This document shows, piece by piece, positions 18,871-28,410 of a DNA stretch of 64,000 nt. Made by a program: the position numbers and the translations under genes. The first letter of the stretch is position 1; each line of letters starts with the position of its first letter. A model generated the notes under the pieces. That model had not been told where the DNA came from and did not search any database. It saw only the letters and a list, made by a program, of their open reading frames with translations. The DNA is taken from IMG/VR virus record IMGVR_UViG_3300007735_000801, one strand, 5' to 3'. This DNA comes from a virus.

Positions 18871-20109
18871 ATGCCTAAAATATGCTTATCAATGATTGTT
18901 AAGAATGAAACTCACATTATCAAAGAATGCCTTGATTCCATCTACAAGTACGTAGACTACTGGGTCATTGTGGATACTGGTTCCACTGACGGAACTCAAG
19001 AATTAATTAAAACATATTTTGCAGAGAAGGGTATTCCTGGAGAACTTCATGAACGCCCATGGGTAAGCTTTGGTGATAATCGCACAGAAGCTCTGCAACT
19101 CTGTGACGGCAAAGCAGACTGGGCATGGATGATTGATGCTGACGACTATGTTGAAGGTGATTTTAAGTTTCCGTTCTCTGCAGGTGACGCAGAAGGATTT
19201 GCTCTTGCGTTTGGTCGTGGGGAATTTAGCTGGTGGAGAACACAAATTTTTCGTACAGGTATTGGCTGGAAGTATCAAGGCATTCTTCACGAGTATCCTA
19301 CCAAGGACGGAGATGCTCCGCCACGCATTGCAAAGCTTGAAGGAACCTATAAGATTGTTGCTCGTACTGTCGGTGCTCGTAACGTAGGTATTGATCCTAT
19401 TGAAAAGTATAAGCGAGATGCTGTCATGTTGGAAGAGGCTTTGGCAAAGGAGCCAACCAATCTTCGATACCAATTCTATCTGGCTCAAAGTTACTTTGAT
19501 TCGCAACAATGGGAAAAGGCGGAAGCGGCGTATATTAAACGTGTAGAAATGGGTGGATGGGAAGAAGAACAATACTATTCTCAGTTCCGTGTTGGTATGT
19601 GTCGTGGTCTTGCGAATAAACCTTGGTTAGAAATTCAACAAGCATTCTTAGAGGCTTGGGAACTTCGTCCAACACGTGCAGAACCCCTCTACCAAATTGC
19701 TCGTGTCTATCGACTCATGAATCATCCACGGTTATCGTTTTTGTACGCTAAAATGGCTTTAGATATTCCTTTCCCGAAGGATGACATTTTGTTTATTAGC
19801 GAAGATGTGTACAAGTATGGTGTTTTAGATGAAATTGCGTCTACGGCATTCTATGCAGGAAAGGCTCATATGGGATACGCTGCCTGTAAGAAGCTTTTGA
19901 CGGAATCCAGATTGCCAGCAGAACACAAGGAACGAGTTGAAACCAATCTTCAACAATATTTAAAATTCTTTGAACACACCAACCAAATGGAGTCCATTCG
20001 TCAAATGGATGAACAGGCTGCAAAACAGAGCCAAAAAAAGGATCATAAACCTGCTCTTTTTCCAGCACAAAAAAAGAAGTTCAAAAGCAGAAAAACCGTA
20101 CATCGATAA
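18871..20109 (+). CDS. GT2 glycosyltransferase with TPR repeats (protein glycosyltransferase-like)
   Basis: LSMIVKNE, VDTGSTDGT, IDADD, LHE, then TPR helices (RY.FYLAQSY, P.RAEPLY). Confidence 0.88.
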   Translation: MPKICLSMIVKNETHIIKECLDSIYKYVDYWVIVDTGSTDGTQELIKTYFAEKGIPGELHERPWVSFGDNRTEALQLCDGKADWAWMIDADDYVEGDFKFPFSAGDAEGFALAFGRGEFSWWRTQIFRTGIGWKYQGILHEYPTKDGDAPPRIAKLEGTYKIVARTVGARNVGIDPIEKYKRDAVMLEEALAKEPTNLRYQFYLAQSYFDSQQWEKAEAAYIKRVEMGGWEEEQYYSQFRVGMCRGLANKPWLEIQQAFLEAWELRPTRAEPLYQIARVYRLMNHPRLSFLYAKMALDIPFPKDDILFISEDVYKYGVLDEIASTAFYAGKAHMGYAACKKLLTESRLPAEHKERVETNLQQYLKFFEHTNQMESIRQMDEQAAKQSQKKDHKPALFPAQKKKFKSRKTVHR

Positions 20110-20111
20110 AG

Positions 20112-20119
20112 CCTAAATA
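20112..20119 (+). promoter_or_regulatory. Late promoter (CCTAAATA), 4 nt before ATG
   Basis: TAAATA core recurring before virion genes. Confidence 0.6.
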
Positions 20120-20123
20120 ACGT

Positions 20124-20543
20124 ATGACCGCAAAATACGACTTATCAATCAATCAAGGTGCAAATTTTAATATATTTGTACAGTATTTGGACTCTTCTGA
20201 TAATCCAGTAAACCTGGCTTCCTATACGGCAGCACTACAGATTCGTCGTGCCAAGGAAACATCGTATCCTATACTGTATGCCACCACTAATGGAGTTACT
20301 GTGGGATTCACTGGAGGCAGCGGAATCACTGGCGGTGTTAGCGGTATTGGTGGCATTAGTCTGAATACCAACTATGATGGTACTGCCCTGACAGGAGGCA
20401 TCTATATCAAAGTAGGTCCTTCTAGCACTGCTTATTTTCCAGTAGGTCGTCATCTGTATGATCTGGATTTGATTATAGGAACAACTTACACCAATCGTTT
20501 ACTAGAAGGTCGTGCAGACGTTACTGGAGAAACAACCAGATGA
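20124..20543 (+). CDS. Virion structural protein (BppU/baseplate-upper-like Ig fold)
   Basis: YDL.I.QGA.F, P.NL..YTA.LQIR, YDL…RLLEG…V.GE.TR; late promoter. Confidence 0.65.
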   Translation: MTAKYDLSINQGANFNIFVQYLDSSDNPVNLASYTAALQIRRAKETSYPILYATTNGVTVGFTGGSGITGGVSGIGGISLNTNYDGTALTGGIYIKVGPSSTAYFPVGRHLYDLDLIIGTTYTNRLLEGRADVTGETTR

Positions 20544-20662
20544 AGTTGAAAATCCGAGAAACATATCAATTGCTGACTGCTTTATTTGTGTATGTAAATA
20601 ACAATCAAATTCTGAAAATTAAAATTTCAGAACGAGCAAAGTTTAATACTCTATATTTGTAA
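20540..20662 (+). CDS. Small hypothetical protein, 40 aa, not in ORF track
   Basis: ATGA-coupled to upstream gene, GGAG RBS, fills gap. Confidence 0.45.
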   Translation: MKLKIRETYQLLTALFVYVNNNQILKIKISERAKFNTLYL

Positions 20663-20665
20663 TGT

Positions 20666-21913
20666 ATGAAACGTTTCCAAAAATATTTTCATGTTGAAGA
20701 GACCATTCCAGGATATGTGGAAGGTCAATATTCGTATGGTTCTAAATTTGTTTTAACAGAATCTTGGAACGATTATCTGCAAGGTTCTGAATTCACACTA
20801 ACCGACAACGAAATTCCAGACAAGGTTTATCGACACGGAGTCGGAATAGCTTCAGGTCAATTTCGTGATAAAAATGGAAATATAATTTCCATAACAGGAA
20901 ATCACCATAATCTTCAAAATTTATTTCAATATCGTCCTCAACCAGAAATTGCTTATCCAGAAACACAAACCAGAATAGAACGAGAGGTTGTTCGAGAAAC
21001 TGGTATTCCTGGACCTAAGGGAGAAAAGGGAGAAGACGGATGGGCTGGTCCTCAAGGAGAACGAGGTCCTCGTGGAGAACAAGGCGTTCAGGGTATTCAG
21101 GGGTTACGAGGAGTTGCTGGAGAGAAGGGCGAAAAGGGAGACAAGGGAGTTACTGGAGATAGAGGAGAAACTGGATGGACTGGGTATCCAGGAGACAAGG
21201 GTCTACAGGGAGTAGACGGTCCTACTGGTCCAAAGGGAGAAAAGGGCGATCAAGGCATTCAGGGTGTTCGGGGCGAGCAGGGCGTACAGGGAGAACAGGG
21301 TATTCCAGGCATTCAGGGCAAGGACGGCTCACAGGGCATCCAAGGGCTTCCTGGAGCCTCTGGCAAGGATGGTAAAGACGGCAAAACAGGCAAATCTGGA
21401 CCTCGTGGAGCCCAAGGAACACAGGGCAAAGCGGGTCCGAAGGGTGATCAGGGCGCAAAGGGAGATCAGGGTCCGATTGGTCCAGAAGGTGCTCAAGGTC
21501 CTACTGGAGAATCTCCAGTATTGACTGCCCAGTATCCTCTGATATTGGAGGACAATGAATTAACCTTTGATCCTAAGAAAATACAAGAATTTTTATCCAG
21601 TTTAATTAAAAGCAAAAGTGATGCTGATCGAGTCTCCCATAACATGGGAATGATGGCTAGTTCTGGTGGTGGTGCGGTTGGCATCTATAAAGACCGAGCC
21701 AGAATTATTAAATCAGTAAACGATATTAATTTTATTGGCGATAATATTGTGGTGACTCGCAAAGGCAAACAAGTTGATGTGAGTGTTACTGCTGTTGGAG
21801 CATTCTACGAATCCGCTACTAGTCCTGTAGCCACTTTAATAGACGGAGATCGTTGGTGGAATACTGATACAGGTAGACTATATACTTGGATCGGAATTTG
21901 GGCTGAAATTTAA
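20666..21913 (+). CDS. Collagen-like (Gly-X-Y) virion fibre protein
   Basis: Long uninterrupted Gly-X-Y run (~21002-21510), SGGGAV linker, C-terminal GDRWWNTDTGRLY motif. Confidence 0.85.
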   Translation: MKRFQKYFHVEETIPGYVEGQYSYGSKFVLTESWNDYLQGSEFTLTDNEIPDKVYRHGVGIASGQFRDKNGNIISITGNHHNLQNLFQYRPQPEIAYPETQTRIEREVVRETGIPGPKGEKGEDGWAGPQGERGPRGEQGVQGIQGLRGVAGEKGEKGDKGVTGDRGETGWTGYPGDKGLQGVDGPTGPKGEKGDQGIQGVRGEQGVQGEQGIPGIQGKDGSQGIQGLPGASGKDGKDGKTGKSGPRGAQGTQGKAGPKGDQGAKGDQGPIGPEGAQGPTGESPVLTAQYPLILEDNELTFDPKKIQEFLSSLIKSKSDADRVSHNMGMMASSGGGAVGIYKDRARIIKSVNDINFIGDNIVVTRKGKQVDVSVTAVGAFYESATSPVATLIDGDRWWNTDTGRLYTWIGIWAEI

Positions 21914-21915
21914 CG

Positions 21916-21923
21916 TATAAATA
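21916..21923 (+). promoter_or_regulatory. Late promoter TATAAATA, 5 nt before ATG
   Basis: Exact T4 late consensus. Confidence 0.75.
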
Positions 21924-21928
21924 CTGTA

Positions 21929-24763
21929 ATGGCAATAAATTTTCCTAATAGTCCTAGTTCTGGTAATACCTACGCATATAATGGCATAATATGGTCGTGG
22001 AATGGTGCAGCATGGGATAAACAGAGTACTGCAGGTGGCGGTGTAACAGGAGCAACTGGTGCTACAGGATCACAAGGAGTAACAGGCGCAACAGGTACTA
22101 ATGGAACAAATGGCGCAACAGGCGCAACTGGTGCAACAGGTGCAAACTTTACTGGCTATGACTACGAAATTCATGTTAGTCAAGTAGATGGAAATGACAC
22201 TACAGGTAATGGTGATTTACTAACACCCGTTGCTTCTATTACTAAGGCACTGACTTTAGTAGATTCACAGCGTAAAACCATCATTGTTCACCCAGGAACT
22301 TACACCGAAAGCCCTTCAATAACTGTTCAGTACACGACCATAACTGGTCCTGGTCTTATTGGTGGAAACATCGTAATTTCTGGAACTATAAGCACAAACA
22401 CAGGTTGCACTATTTCAGGTATAAAGATGACCAACCTGACTGTGACTACACCTAGCGGTACAGGAAATGTAAACATCCTTAACTGTGAAGTTTCTGGAAT
22501 TTTCACAAAAAGCAGTAGTGCTGACTACACCGTTCTTCGTTTGTGTGACCTCACCTCTGCAAGTATTACTGGAGCAGGTTTAGTAGCCATCTTCGGTGGT
22601 AATCCAAACTTTATAACAGTTAATAATGCTAGTGCAAATGTAATCCTTAAAAGTGCGGTTACTGTTTCACCAGTTCTAACTGCTGGAACACTAAGTATTG
22701 TAGATTCCGTTGTGGCTGCTGCAGTAACCAACGCTGTTACATCGGCTGCCTCAAGTGTGATTACCTTAGCAAACTCTCAACTACTAACCTCAGCACTAAA
22801 CAATGTCGCACCAATTGTCCTAAATGGCTTCTACTCAATCTTGAACTGTGTGTACAACAAACCAACCTCAACTCTGGCTGCTTTATCTGCAACTGGCGGT
22901 TCATATAACTCTATTGATTACTTCCAATACATCAACGCCGATAAGTTTATTACTCAAGGCGGAACATCCTCTCAGTTCGTAAAGGGTGATGGCTCTCTTG
23001 ATTCCAATGTGGTGATCTCGTTCAACGGACTCACAGGTGCTGTGACAGGCGTTACGGCAGGTGGTGCAAATACATTCACTGGACTCAATAGTTTCAGTGC
23101 AGGTATTAGTGCCGCAGGCGGTGTAACATTCAGCGGAGCCTTCTCTGGCACAACAGGCTCATTCTCAAAACTGTTGACTGCGAGTGGTGGACTGAGTGCA
23201 TCGGGTGCAACCTTTTCTGGTACAATCTCGGCAGCACAATTTTCAGGAGTATTAACATCTTGCACAGGATTGCCTGTAAGCACAGGCATCACTGGTTTTG
23301 GTAGTGGAATAGCAACATTTCTTGCAACACCAACTTCGGCAAACTTAAAGACCGCACTCACAGACGAAACTGGAACTGGAAAAGTTATGTTTTCTACAGA
23401 TCCAATAGTTACGGAATCACTTAGTGTTACAGATCCAGTTGGAAATATTGGAGCACTTTTAAAATTTAGTTCAAATAATGCACTTGATTCGATATATTAT
23501 GGTGTTAATTTTGGATCAATAGGAACAACAAGTCTCTCATTTATTATGGATGATTTTACTGATCCAACATATCGCTACATGCAGATTGATGCTGACAAAA
23601 TCATTACAATAGGTGATGTTAATGGTGTTTGTGGTGGCACTAATTTATCAATAAATAATACGACTCAAACTATCGCCGTTACTGGTAGACTGACTGCATC
23701 GGGTGCAACATTCTCAGGAAATATCTCTGCACCAAACATTGTAAACTCATGGAATGGTGCAACAGGTGCAGTGACATTCACCAACTATGTGACATCATTC
23801 AACGGCAAGACAGGTGCGGTTCAAGGAGTGTCTGCTGCTGTGGCAGGAACAGGTATTTCCGTATCAGGTGCAACAGGATCGGTTACCATTACGAACACAG
23901 GTGTTCAATCATTCAACGGTGTCACAGGTGCACTTCAGGGAGTGTCGTCATTTAATGGTGCAACAGGCGCAGTCACTTTTACTAATTATGTGGCATCATT
24001 CAACGGTGTCACAGGTGCTGTTACTGGAGTAACAACTTCAACAGCAAATACATTCACTGCACTTCAAACATTTAATTCAGGTATCTCTGCCGCAGGTGGT
24101 GTAACATTCAGTGGAACTTTCTCTGGCTCAACAGGCTCATTCTCTAAACTACTGACTGCGAGTGCGGGTCTGTCTGCCACAACTGGAACATTCTCAACTA
24201 GTATTAACACTCCTATTATTTTTACTCCTACAATTTATTACAACTCTAGCAATTACATTGATCTTTCTGATACCACAGTAAGAATAGGCGACCCACTAGG
24301 AGAGGATACTGGTCAGTACATATATTATGAACAAGGCGAGGGTACACTATACGGAAATGAAAGTGCTCTTACAAATTTTAGCACATTAACTCTTACATCC
24401 GCAGCAACTATCGGAGATCACGCCACCATAGGCGCAGGTGGTGGTCTAGTAGATTCCGCATCCACTGCTCTTGGCACAACAGCAGCAAATCAAATAATTT
24501 CACAGACAGTACTTTATACAAATTATAGATCAGTGGAATTTTTCGTTCAGGCTTCCACGGCAGGAGGCGCATACGAAGCACTCAAGATCATGGTGGTGCA
24601 CGACGGAACAACCACATACAACACTCAATACGGTGTTGTTCGTAGTGGTGCAACCCTTGGCACATATACCACAATTCTTGTCTCAAGTAAACTCAGATTA
24701 CGAGTCACTCCAACCACAGTGAACACCACATACAAAGTTATGATCACGGCATTGCCTGTATAA
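21929..24763 (+). CDS. Tail/head fibre protein (Gly/Ser/Thr-rich, beta-helix-like segment, internal repeats)
   Basis: MAINFP.SP…W.WNG.AW N-terminus, GATG collagen-like run, G.D..GNG…P..SI..A…V.PGTY.E motif, V.SFNG.TGAV repeats. Confidence 0.8.
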   Translation: MAINFPNSPSSGNTYAYNGIIWSWNGAAWDKQSTAGGGVTGATGATGSQGVTGATGTNGTNGATGATGATGANFTGYDYEIHVSQVDGNDTTGNGDLLTPVASITKALTLVDSQRKTIIVHPGTYTESPSITVQYTTITGPGLIGGNIVISGTISTNTGCTISGIKMTNLTVTTPSGTGNVNILNCEVSGIFTKSSSADYTVLRLCDLTSASITGAGLVAIFGGNPNFITVNNASANVILKSAVTVSPVLTAGTLSIVDSVVAAAVTNAVTSAASSVITLANSQLLTSALNNVAPIVLNGFYSILNCVYNKPTSTLAALSATGGSYNSIDYFQYINADKFITQGGTSSQFVKGDGSLDSNVVISFNGLTGAVTGVTAGGANTFTGLNSFSAGISAAGGVTFSGAFSGTTGSFSKLLTASGGLSASGATFSGTISAAQFSGVLTSCTGLPVSTGITGFGSGIATFLATPTSANLKTALTDETGTGKVMFSTDPIVTESLSVTDPVGNIGALLKFSSNNALDSIYYGVNFGSIGTTSLSFIMDDFTDPTYRYMQIDADKIITIGDVNGVCGGTNLSINNTTQTIAVTGRLTASGATFSGNISAPNIVNSWNGATGAVTFTNYVTSFNGKTGAVQGVSAAVAGTGISVSGATGSVTITNTGVQSFNGVTGALQGVSSFNGATGAVTFTNYVASFNGVTGAVTGVTTSTANTFTALQTFNSGISAAGGVTFSGTFSGSTGSFSKLLTASAGLSATTGTFSTSINTPIIFTPTIYYNSSNYIDLSDTTVRIGDPLGEDTGQYIYYEQGEGTLYGNESALTNFSTLTLTSAATIGDHATIGAGGGLVDSASTALGTTAANQIISQTVLYTNYRSVEFFVQASTAGGAYEALKIMVVHDGTTTYNTQYGVVRSGATLGTYTTILVSSKLRLRVTPTTVNTTYKVMITALPV
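23018..24195 (+). repeat. Internal duplication of a ~66-codon module in the fibre gene (~23018-23220 and ~23996-24195) plus short V.SFNG.TGAV repeats
   Basis: SFNG.TGAVTGVT…ANTFT.L..F..GISAAGGVTFSG.FSG.TGSFSKLLTAS.GLSA occurs twice. Confidence 0.85.
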
Positions 24764-24766
24764 ATA
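24759..24766 (+). promoter_or_regulatory. Late promoter TATAAATA
   Basis: Exact consensus overlapping the fibre stop, followed by AGGAG RBS. Confidence 0.65.
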
Positions 24767-24778
24767 TAGGAGAACAAC

Positions 24779-24961
24779 ATGGCAGACACAATACTTCCAT
24801 TCAATGTTTCTACAGGTATTGTACAGAATATTATTATATGGGACGGAAACGGTGTGCTTTCGCCGTATTCAAACGATCAGTTAATTCAAATAGGGGAAAA
24901 TGAATTATGTGATATTGGATACACATTTACTGCAAATAATGATCCAAAATTTTCTGCATGA
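24779..24961 (+). CDS. Small fibre-associated hypothetical protein
   Basis: G.V.NII.WDG…DIGY.F motif typical of small genes after fibres; AGGAG RBS. Confidence 0.55.
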   Translation: MADTILPFNVSTGIVQNIIIWDGNGVLSPYSNDQLIQIGENELCDIGYTFTANNDPKFSA

Positions 24962-25161
24962 TACACGAATTTCAACAGCCTGTTCCCGTATTAACTCCAC
25001 TGGGAGCAGGTTATATTCTATATGTTAAAACAAGTGGCATGTGGGAAAATGACATATTCACTGTGGCAATGGAGTCTGATGGTCAATTGCTGCATTTTCA
25101 AACTTCACAACTAAAAGTTTGGAGAAATGAAACTTTTGGTATTTGTAAAAAATTTGAATAA
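24958..25161 (+). CDS. Hypothetical phage protein
   Basis: 67 aa; P.PV.TPLG.G…END.F.V motif; coupled start. Confidence 0.6.
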   Translation: MIHEFQQPVPVLTPLGAGYILYVKTSGMWENDIFTVAMESDGQLLHFQTSQLKVWRNETFGICKKFE

Positions 25162-25168
25162 TTTTGAC

Positions 25169-25196
25169 TTGACTTTGCCTTTTCCTAGGGTATATT
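25169..25196 (+). promoter_or_regulatory. Sigma70-type promoter for the DUF1599-gp43 operon
   Basis: TTGACT-16 bp-TATATT. Confidence 0.7.
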
Positions 25197-25241
25197 TGAT
25201 TTAATGTTTGCTAGACATTAAACCAACCAAAGGAAAATACT

Positions 25242-25724
25242 ATGAATCGTGAAGATCTGCTCAATATCCATGAAACCCTTACTCTCCGTGCTCGTGAACT
25301 GATGGACAAGAAAAATCGTGACTATGCTGGTCGTGGAGGCACAGAACCCTTCGCAAACTTTACTCGTGTCGAGTCTATGGGTATCTGCTCAACAGAACTT
25401 GGAATGTTGGTGCGAATCACAGATAAATTGAGTCGTCTTTCTTCGTTTGCAGAAAGCGGTAAACTTGCAGTGGAAAATGAATCATTTGAAGACACAATTA
25501 TTGATGTGATCAATTACATGGTTCTGTTCTATGCTTACCTGCAAGACAAGACGGATAAGAGAAATATTTCAGATTATAAGCCTACGCAACTAGTTCCTCA
25601 ACAACTATTAAACGAAGCAGTAAAGAAATTTAATCGAGAATATCAAATGGAAATTGAAAAAAGTATTAACGATAATGCCACTATGTTCGGAGATGTACGC
25701 CTTCCAACCACCAATTATAAATGA
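25242..25724 (+). CDS. DUF1599 / nucleotide-modification-associated domain protein (all-alpha NTP pyrophosphohydrolase-like)
   Basis: KKN.DYA, PF.NF, G.LVR..DKLSRL, ES.EDT..D..NY. Confidence 0.75.
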   Translation: MNREDLLNIHETLTLRARELMDKKNRDYAGRGGTEPFANFTRVESMGICSTELGMLVRITDKLSRLSSFAESGKLAVENESFEDTIIDVINYMVLFYAYLQDKTDKRNISDYKPTQLVPQQLLNEAVKKFNREYQMEIEKSINDNATMFGDVRLPTTNYK

Positions 25725-28294
25725 GTGAATTCTATACATCGGTTCATCTTGTCGGAAACGACATTAAAGAAATCTATTACTGTAACGGAAAGCGAAGCAC
25801 AAGAACTGTTCGTTTCCAGCCTACACTATTCACACCTTCCCTGAAGCGTGACGTAGAGTGGCATACACTAGAAGGAATTCCCCTTGAAGCGTATAAACCT
25901 GGAGATGTGGCTGACTGTAGAGAAGTATTTACCACATACGAAAATGTTGAAAACTTTCAGATATACGGCAACGAAGATTATGTTGCCCAGTATATTGCGG
26001 AACGATACTCTGGAGAAATTCCTTATAATTATGCAGACCTGCGTGTTGCATTTCTAGACATTGAAACCGAGTGCGAAGACGGATTTCCTTCTCTGACCGA
26101 ATACAATGAGCGAGTGAGTGCCATCACCGTGGAGATGGACGGTGTTCGCCATTCGTTTGCCATTCACGACTTCAGTATTCCTGATGTGGAATGTCATGTG
26201 TTTGGGGACGAACAAGACATGCTTGAAAGTTTTGTGGAGTACTGGGAACAGAATTATCCTGATATTGTGACTGGCTGGAACATCAGATTCTTTGATATTC
26301 CGTATCTCTATGGTCGTATTGCCAAGATCATAGACCAAAAGACTGCGAAGCGATTGTCTCCGTTTCGTCAAGTGCGTGATCGAGTAATTAATCGCAAGGG
26401 CAAGGATCATAATGTGTACGACTTGGTTGGTGTTGCCACCATGGATTACTATGAGTTGTACATTAAATTCACGTACACGAATCAAGAGTCGTACAGCCTG
26501 AATAATATTGCCAGCGTGGAACTGGGAGAAGCCAAGACCAATTACGAAGAGTATGACGGCATCAAGGACTTCTACACCAAGGATTGGCAGAAGTTCATGG
26601 AGTACAATAATCAAGACGTTGTGTTGGTGCAGCGACTGGACAAGAAGTTGAAACTAATGGAACTGGTTGTGGCAATGGCATACAACGCCAAGGTTAATTT
26701 CATGGACATCTTTTCTCAGGTTAAGACTTGGGACTCTATTATCTACCACCACCTGAACGATAAAAAGATTGCAATTCCCCTAAAGGTTTCAGGAGAAGAA
26801 CAAGACACCCAGTTTCAGGGAGCGTATGTTAAAGAACCTATAGTGGGCTTGCACGAATGGGTAGTGGCATTCGATTTAGATAGTTTATATCCTCACTTAA
26901 TTATTAATTATAATATGTCTCCAGAGACCAAGCATAAGATGGGTAAACGAAATACCCTGAAGCCTGAAGACATTCTACACCCAGAATCGTATGATGCACA
27001 AACAAATTTTATTCGCCTAGAGGATCATCAGAAGTTTGCCAAAGAAAATAACATTGCCATCACTTCTAACGGCATCTACTTCAAAAGAGAGAAGCAAGGC
27101 TTTCTTCCTGAACTGATGGAAACCATGTATTCAGAGCGAAAGATGTACAAGGAAAAGATGTTGGACTGCAAGGCAGAACTTAAAAGTCTGCCAAGCACGG
27201 CAACCAAGAAGGAACGAGAACTTCTAGAGTACAAGATCTCCAAGTATAATAATTTTCAGTTGTGCCGCAAGATTCAACTTAACTCGGCTTACGGTGCCAT
27301 TGGAAATCGATGGTTCCGCTATTACGATCTAGATATTGCAGAAGCAATTACCATTTCTGGGCAGTTAAGTATTCGTTGGATCGAGAAAGCACTGAATGAG
27401 TTTGTCAACAAGATGGTTGGTACCACAGGAAAAGACTATGTGGCAGCATCAGACACCGATTCCATCTACCTGTGTCTGGACAAAGTGGTCCAGAAAGTGT
27501 TTGGTGGCAAGATGCCGTCTCAAGAACGAATTGCCGAAGTAATACAAAAGATTTGCGAAGATAAGATTGAACCTTATATCGAAGCCAAATATCAAGAACT
27601 TGCCAATACCATGAATGCCTACAAGCAAAAGATGCACATGAAGCGAGAGTCTATTTCCACCAAGGGTATTTGGACTGCCAAGAAACGATACATGCTGAAT
27701 AACATCATGGGCGAAGACGGAGTATTATTAAAGATTCCTGAACTGAAGATTGTTGGTATCGAGACGGCAAGGAGTTCTACACCACTAATGGTGCGTACAG
27801 CACTGAAGACTGCTATTAGTATTGTTATGAATAAGACGGAATTAGACGTTCAGGAATTTGCCAAAGATTTCAGGAATAAATTTAACAAGGCTTCCATACA
27901 GGACATTGCGTTTCCTCGCAGCGTGTCTGGTCTGGATCGATACGAATGTACTACGGCAGTGTATAAGAAGGGAACTCCTATTGCGGTGAAGGCATCCCTG
28001 TTATTCAATGATTATTTGGAAAAGAATAATCTAGAAAAGAAATACAGAAAAATTGCTGAGGCAGATAAAATTAAATTTATTTACTTGACGGAACCTAATC
28101 CGTTCTCTATAGTGAGCGGAAAAGAACAAGTAATTGCATTTATGCAGCATATTCCTAAAGAACTCCACCTAGATAAGTATGTGAATCGAGACCTACAATT
28201 CGAAAAATCTTTCAAAGATCCCTTGACAAGGATCTTAGAGGTGATACAATGGAGTGTAGAGAAAATTAGTACCTTGGAGAGTTGCTTCGAATGA
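25721..28294 (+). CDS. gp43: Family B DNA polymerase gp43
   Basis: Exo motifs DIET, GWN..FFD, YN..DV; pol motifs DLDSLYP, K..LNSAYG, DTDS, KKRY. Confidence 0.97.
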   Translation: MSEFYTSVHLVGNDIKEIYYCNGKRSTRTVRFQPTLFTPSLKRDVEWHTLEGIPLEAYKPGDVADCREVFTTYENVENFQIYGNEDYVAQYIAERYSGEIPYNYADLRVAFLDIETECEDGFPSLTEYNERVSAITVEMDGVRHSFAIHDFSIPDVECHVFGDEQDMLESFVEYWEQNYPDIVTGWNIRFFDIPYLYGRIAKIIDQKTAKRLSPFRQVRDRVINRKGKDHNVYDLVGVATMDYYELYIKFTYTNQESYSLNNIASVELGEAKTNYEEYDGIKDFYTKDWQKFMEYNNQDVVLVQRLDKKLKLMELVVAMAYNAKVNFMDIFSQVKTWDSIIYHHLNDKKIAIPLKVSGEEQDTQFQGAYVKEPIVGLHEWVVAFDLDSLYPHLIINYNMSPETKHKMGKRNTLKPEDILHPESYDAQTNFIRLEDHQKFAKENNIAITSNGIYFKREKQGFLPELMETMYSERKMYKEKMLDCKAELKSLPSTATKKERELLEYKISKYNNFQLCRKIQLNSAYGAIGNRWFRYYDLDIAEAITISGQLSIRWIEKALNEFVNKMVGTTGKDYVAASDTDSIYLCLDKVVQKVFGGKMPSQERIAEVIQKICEDKIEPYIEAKYQELANTMNAYKQKMHMKRESISTKGIWTAKKRYMLNNIMGEDGVLLKIPELKIVGIETARSSTPLMVRTALKTAISIVMNKTELDVQEFAKDFRNKFNKASIQDIAFPRSVSGLDRYECTTAVYKKGTPIAVKASLLFNDYLEKNNLEKKYRKIAEADKIKFIYLTEPNPFSIVSGKEQVIAFMQHIPKELHLDKYVNRDLQFEKSFKDPLTRILEVIQWSVEKISTLESCFE
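28223..28250 (+). promoter_or_regulatory. Sigma70-type promoter inside the 3' end of gp43, facing uvsX
   Basis: TTGACA-16 bp-TACAAT, same geometry as the other early promoters. Confidence 0.65.
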
Positions 28295-28410
28295 TAACAA
28301 TGGAATTTATTTGTGTAACAATTCTTTTTGTATTATTTGTTTGTTTGGCTTTGGTTGGATTGTGTGAAACAGTTGAGATACTTAAGAACGAAAGAAAAGG
28401 AAAAAAATGA
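28291..28410 (+). CDS. Small single-TM protein, 39 aa, not in ORF track
   Basis: ATGA overlaps at both ends (gp43 and uvsX); hydrophobic [20 protein letters not shown] then basic tail. Confidence 0.5.
   Translation: MITMEFICVTILFVLFVCLALVGLCETVEILKNERKGKK

Noticed and set aside
20988-21524. Alternative-frame and antisense ORFs over the collagen region
   Set aside because: Expected by-product of GGN-periodic Gly-X-Y coding
21929-24763. Fibre gene duplications as DGR template/variable repeats
   Set aside because: Both copies are in-frame within one gene, differences are not adenine-specific, and no reverse transcriptase is in the window
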